Positions 16,545-20,000 of a stretch of DNA of 20,000 nucleotides are shown here, piece after piece (position 1 is the first letter of the stretch; each line of letters opens with the position of its first letter). The stretch lies in the IMG/VR virus record IMGVR_UViG_3300044715_001903; one strand, given 5' to 3'. Both the position numbers and the translations under genes were made by a program. The DNA comes from an uncultured virus (IMG/VR IMGVR_UViG_3300044715_001903) (lineage: Duplodnaviria; Heunggongvirae; Uroviricota; Caudoviricetes). Under the pieces are notes generated by a model. It ran no database searches and was not told the DNA's origin. It worked only from the letters and a program-made list of their open reading frames with translations.

Positions 16545-16570
16545 CTATTCAAACTTTATGCCCCACTCTT
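16501..16570. repeat. 70-bp direct repeat, copy 2
   Basis: See 15286-15355. Confidence 0.97.
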
Positions 16571-16697
16571 CTAGCTGGGCTAAAGCCCAAGTGCAGCCAT
16601 TTTTGGCTGCTTCTTCAACTGAAGTGATCGCTTCAAGCGTTATATATTCTGCAGTTGCTTCCATTTGGCAGTTGTTCTCAACTTTTACTAGCTTCAC
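16545..16697 (-). CDS. Small hypothetical protein (50 aa), missing from the ORF track
   Basis: GTG start with AAGGA RBS right after the sigma70 promoter: MKLVKVENNCQMEATAEYITLEAITSVEEAAKNGCTWALAQLEEWGIKFE*. The stop TAG abuts hammerhead stem I. Confidence 0.65.
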   Translation of the reverse strand: MKLVKVENNCQMEATAEYITLEAITSVEEAAKNGCTWALAQLEEWGIKFE

Positions 16698-16730
16698 TTG
16701 TTTCTTTCCTTTGCTTTACCCTATATTTAT

Positions 16731-16759
16731 AGTCTACTAGAGTTATTCTAGTTTGTCAA
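16731..16759 (-). promoter_or_regulatory. Sigma70-type promoter of the accessory operon with a palindromic operator in the spacer
   Basis: TTGACA-N17-TAGACT on the minus strand; ACTAGA-N5-TCTAGT palindrome at 16736-16752. Confidence 0.8.
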
Positions 16760-16979
16760 GTGGTTTTTCAATTATTTTAGAAGATATTTTCAAAATAACT
16801 GAGGACGCTCTAGGATCACGATCTAGCAGTGCTTCTAGAAATTCCCCATACATAGGATAAATATTTTCTTTTTGCCGGAAGAAAAAGCCGGCTTCTATCA
16901 AAACCTTATCCCAGGCTGCTTTTTTGTCTTTTGGCAGTCGGCATTGAATCCGAACTTTGTCTTCATTAGGTCTGGACAT
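16743..16979 (-). CDS. Small putative DNA-binding protein (ribbon-helix-helix-like)
   Basis: 78 aa; MSRP..KVRIQCRLPKDKKAAWDKV fits the RHH strand-helix pattern; GGAG RBS upstream. Confidence 0.55.
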   Translation of the reverse strand: MSRPNEDKVRIQCRLPKDKKAAWDKVLIEAGFFFRQKENIYPMYGEFLEALLDRDPRASSVILKISSKIIEKPLDKLE

Positions 16980-17009
16980 TTGGGATTAACTCCACTAGAT
17001 ATATCTGAA

Positions 17010-17024
17010 CTATAGACTATAGCA
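17010..17024 (-). promoter_or_regulatory. Possible extended -10 promoter (TGcTATAGT) overlapping tandem CTATAG palindromes
   Basis: CTATAG-A-CTATAG at 17010-17022, about 35 nt upstream of the RHH-like start. Confidence 0.35.
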
Positions 17025-17211
17025 GAAAATCTGTAGATGATCCGACATTTGAATTGCGGCTTTAGTTTTGCTTAAATGCTATTCTCCATGTTGCGGATCA
17101 GCTTACCAGATGGACAATCTCCATAATTATCTGTTTCAATGGGTATTATTTGGTAGGGGTTTATATTGAGTAACCGCAAAAACTCAACTTCTCTGATTAT
17201 CGTCTTTGACC

Positions 17212-17967
17212 CTACCCCACCCACCGGCACACGAACCGAGTAGCCGTCTCCCAATATCCACCATACATAAACAACTCACTCATCCGCCCTTCACCTAAAT
17301 TGTGGAGGGCTTTGCCATTTTTAGGATCTAGCAAAATTGCGGAGTGGTGAGTCTGTGTGCCAGAAATGCACATCAATATAACATCATTAGTTCGTAGTGG
17401 TTCATCGGTTAATTTCCTAAAGCCCGCCCTTTCAAAATTGCCTACGAACATATTCCATCCAGGTGACGTGGTTTCTTGGATGTTGTTGCGGGGAAAATCA
17501 GGTAAATTTATGCCAAGCATCCCTTTATAGTACGAACGAACCAGCGTGTAACAATCACTGCGGTTATAGTCAAATCTCCATCCCAGATAAAACGGTAATT
17601 CTTTCGGCAGCCAAGGATTTGGGATTAACGGGTAGGGGTAAATATCGGCAGGATCATAATAGTCCCATTCCCCAAAGTCCGTATGGTACAAAGCGTAGGG
17701 TATTTTCCTTGCTTTGCTATTGGCGATGTCCTTGGCACTTAAAATAGCCGGCTGTGAATCAAGGCAATGACTGTGGTAGATTCCCACTGCGGAGTCAGCG
17801 ACTAACTCAAACTCATCTTCATTAATCAGAAATTCGTGTTGCGGTTCATTTGCACAATTGTTCATTTGTATAATTGTGCCGTTGTTCAGAACTACGCCAC
17901 AGATTTCTACATCCGGCGTGGCGATCGCTTGCTCAATAATTTGCCGCTTGATTTGTGAGGTTAGCAT
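17212..17967 (-). CDS. Tail tip assembly protein K-like (JAB/MPN + NlpC/P60)
   Basis: EICGVV..IYHSH..LSAKD (JAB), then F.YNRSDCYTLVRSYY..HHSAIL..LHNL..RMSE..YGGYW (NlpC/P60), which is the lambda gpK architecture. Confidence 0.92.
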   Translation of the reverse strand: MLTSQIKRQIIEQAIATPDVEICGVVLNNGTIIQMNNCANEPQHEFLINEDEFELVADSAVGIYHSHCLDSQPAILSAKDIANSKARKIPYALYHTDFGEWDYYDPADIYPYPLIPNPWLPKELPFYLGWRFDYNRSDCYTLVRSYYKGMLGINLPDFPRNNIQETTSPGWNMFVGNFERAGFRKLTDEPLRTNDVILMCISGTQTHHSAILLDPKNGKALHNLGEGRMSELFMYGGYWETATRFVCRWVG

Positions 17968-17999
17968 TTGAGAGTGGGATAATTTTTAGTATTGTTGAC

Positions 18000-18027
18000 A
18001 AAAAAACTCCTGATTTTCTCAGGAGTT
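18000..18027 (-). terminator. Intrinsic terminator downstream of the tRNA-Met-like gene
   Basis: AACTCCTGA-N5-TCAGGAGTT hairpin followed by a T-run on the minus strand. Confidence 0.75.
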
Positions 18028-18046
18028 AAGGGGTCAGAGTCTCAAC

Positions 18047-18118
18047 TGTCGGGGATGGGAATTGAACCCAATATTTCGAGCTTATGAGACTCGCGTGATC
18101 CGTTTCACTCCCCCGGCA
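18047..18118 (-). tRNA. tRNA with CAT anticodon (Met-like), atypical
   Basis: GCCGGGG-GA-GTGA(AACGGA)TCAC-G-CGAGT(CTCATAA)GCTCG-AAATA-TTGGG(TTCAATT)CCCAT-CCCCGAC-A. C-A mismatch in the acceptor stem, T-T in the T stem, no encoded CCA. Confidence 0.75.
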
Positions 18119-18264
18119 ACCGCCATTCCTGTTAGTCCGCAAGGCATGAAGCCTGTGCAAGATCAATCAGTTCTGGCGTAAAATCATGATAGCACAGATT
18201 TAGTTCAATGTTTCTGAACTACCGTCAAAATCCCTGTTAGCGATAGATTCTAAAGATTTATTTA

Positions 18265-18310
18265 CCGCCTTCTAAGCGGACGGTCACAGGTTCGAGCCCT
18301 GTCGTACCCA
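18265..18310 (+). other. att core: 3' half of tRNA-Arg(UCU)
   Basis: CCGC-CTTCTAA-GCGG-ACGGTC-ACAGG-TTCGAGC-CCTGT-CGTACCC-A. No D arm or 5' acceptor strand upstream; 142 nt before the integrase. Confidence 0.85.
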
Positions 18311-18320
18311 TTAACTTAAG

Positions 18321-18344
18321 ATCCTTGCAACCGCGAGGGTTTTC
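18321..18344 (+). terminator. Hairpin/terminator following the tRNA 3' half
   Basis: ATCCTTGC-AACC-GCGAGGGT followed by a T-run. Confidence 0.5.
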
Positions 18345-18452
18345 CTATACCTATGGTTATTTTAGCCATTGGTTTGATCATCTTGAATGCTCTGGAATGT
18401 ACCGGAATATGCTAGAACGTAATTAAGATTTAGTTCAGAACTAGCACAACCA

Positions 18453-19526
18453 ATGAAAGGAAAATGGACTTTAGAAGAAGTGAATCAACGCCTAAAAGCC
18501 GGAAGAATCGGCGTTACAGTTTGTCAACGTGGAGACAGGCTTTCACTTCGTGGTACATTTCCGGCAAAACCAGGAATTGGTAAACCACCTCACCAACAAT
18601 ATCTAGCTTTAGGATGCTATGCCAACCCCGCAGGGCTGCAATATGCCGAAGCTGAAGCTAAAAAAGTTGGTGGAATACTGGCCCAAAAACAATTCACCTG
18701 GTCTGATTATCTAGAAGAACCATTGGCACCGGTTGGCGATGCTCAATCATGGGTTAGGAAATTCGAGATTGATTATTACACCCGCAAAGGCCGCACCCCT
18801 ACTACTGAAACCACTTGGAAATCAGATTACCTGCCAGCATGGCAACTTCTAGAAGGGGAATTAACAGCGGCAACAATCATCACCGCAGCAGGTAAAACCA
18901 GAGCCAATACCCGCAAACGTAAACGGGTATGTGAAAAGTTGCTGGCATTAGCTAAATTCGCAGATGTAAATGTAGATTTAAAACCATACCTGGGGACTTA
19001 TGGGAGCGCTGAAACCATGCCAAGGAACATCCCCAACAAAGCTCAGATTGAAAAGAGTAGAAATTTATTTACTGGCCATTGGCAATGGGGATATGGAGTA
19101 TTAGCAGCTTACGGACTTCGACCCCATGAATTATTTTTCTGTGAAATCTCACCAGAGCATCCGTACTTATTAAAAGTTCTAAAAGGCAAAACAGGCTATA
19201 GAGAAGTTTACCCTTACCATCTAGAATGGGCTAAAGAATGGCAACTATGGGAGCAAGTCACACTCCCATGCAATGCTGATACGTTTAAAGAATATGGTGG
19301 TCGCGTGACCCGGACATTTGCTAGGAAGAATGTTCCCTTTACTGCTTATTGTCTACGCCACGCCTACTGTATTCGGTTGGCTACAGAATACAAAATCCCG
19401 GTTGCGATCGCTGCTAGTTGGGCAGGACACGAACCGGGAATATATTTAAAAACTTATCAAAGATGGATCGGGAAATCTGAGAAGCGGCGAATATTTGAAG
19501 AGAGTCAAAAATTAATTATGTCGTAA
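18453..19526 (+). CDS. int: Tyrosine recombinase/integrase (cyanobacterial type)
   Basis: Catalytic motifs YGLRPHE (R), GKTG (K), YCLRHAY (xxxR), WAGH (H), KTYQRWI (Y); N-terminal LSLRGTFPAKPG arm-binding-like region. Confidence 0.95.
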   Translation: MKGKWTLEEVNQRLKAGRIGVTVCQRGDRLSLRGTFPAKPGIGKPPHQQYLALGCYANPAGLQYAEAEAKKVGGILAQKQFTWSDYLEEPLAPVGDAQSWVRKFEIDYYTRKGRTPTTETTWKSDYLPAWQLLEGELTAATIITAAGKTRANTRKRKRVCEKLLALAKFADVNVDLKPYLGTYGSAETMPRNIPNKAQIEKSRNLFTGHWQWGYGVLAAYGLRPHELFFCEISPEHPYLLKVLKGKTGYREVYPYHLEWAKEWQLWEQVTLPCNADTFKEYGGRVTRTFARKNVPFTAYCLRHAYCIRLATEYKIPVAIAASWAGHEPGIYLKTYQRWIGKSEKRRIFEESQKLIMS

Positions 19527-19761
19527 TCCAAAAGTTTTTCTTACAAAAGTATAAAATCTTTGGGTTCCAATTGTGGTTATTTTTGCCACGGCGGGAAACG
19601 TTTTCCGTCATGACTTTAAATTGGTAAAACTGTTTAATATTCTAGTGATCCCTCATTTCAGTTGAATTATATCCGTTCCTGTTATCTAACCTGAGTTCGA
19701 CGTAAGAAAATCCGCTAGAAAGCAAGTGGGAAGAGAGTTAGAGACTTTTAGCCAAAGAAAT

Positions 19762-19857
19762 TTTATTCTCAATAATTAGTAATTATTGAGAATAAAGAAA
19801 AATAAGGGTAAACTCAAGTAAATATTTGTAACAAAATCTAAATTATTGTTACAAATA
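19762..19857. repeat. Two AT-rich inverted repeats
   Basis: 35-bp palindrome TTTATTCTCAATAATTA-G-TAATTATTGAGAATAAA (19762-19796) and 12-bp IR TATTTGTAACAA-N11-TTGTTACAAATA (19823-19857). Confidence 0.85.
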
Positions 19858-20000
19858 AATTAGGCGTACCAACGTATTTACATTCAGACGATAGATCCGT
19901 TTGACATATTTATTTACTGAAGATGTTCCAAAATACTTCGACCTATAACTTCTCCCAATTTAACAGGAACAGCATTACCAATTAATCTTCCTATGGGAAT

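Larger units (their letters stand above)
1..19526. mobile_element. Temperate lambda-like cyanophage (prophage or excised form)
   Basis: Tail genes, tape measure, integrase, att core and HIP1 enrichment. Confidence 0.92.

Noticed and set aside
15286..16570. Direct repeats as a CRISPR array or IS ends
   Set aside because: Only two copies 1215 bp apart, no spacers, cas genes or transposase; the hammerhead fold explains the internal symmetry.
16558..16740. 60-aa plus-strand ORF
   Set aside because: Antisense shadow of the 50-aa minus-strand ORF, which has an RBS and promoter.
17072..17254. 60-aa ORF starting MGDGYSVRVPVG, reminiscent of gpM GDGYSQR
   Set aside because: The motif lies in an alternative frame of the gpK 3' end with a TTG start and the similarity does not continue; probably coincidental.
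18240..18310. Complete tRNA-Arg gene
   Set aside because: No D arm or 5' acceptor strand; treated as the att core.

Overview
Segment of a temperate, lambda-like (siphovirus) cyanophage. At least 9 HIP1 GCGATCGC octamers indicate a cyanobacterial host. The + strand (1-13143) carries a rearranged tail module: truncated gpJ-like tail tip, accessory tail proteins, a gpM/Dit-like protein with an extra C-terminal domain, a LamG-like protein, a tail tube, a G/GT chaperone pair with a probable -1 frameshift, an RNase AS-like exoribonuclease, a conserved phage protein, and a 1703-aa tape measure containing a Tlde1/L,D-transpeptidase-like domain and a GH24 lysozyme. The - strand (13144-18118) carries an accessory/early operon behind a near-consensus sigma70 promoter, a displaced gpK (JAB+NlpC/P60) and a tRNA-Met-like gene. 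These are followed by an attP-like site (3' half of tRNA-Arg UCU with arm repeats) and a tyrosine integrase. The most striking feature is a 70-bp direct repeat flanking one gene of the early operon. It encodes a hammerhead ribozyme core: one copy is fully canonical with a pseudoknot, the other has a mismatched 3' half. Downstream in the same operon are a 2H phosphoesterase and a candidate Csx16-like ring nuclease, suggesting a ribozyme-punctuated anti-defence cassette array. All protein family calls are by motif recognition, not database search.
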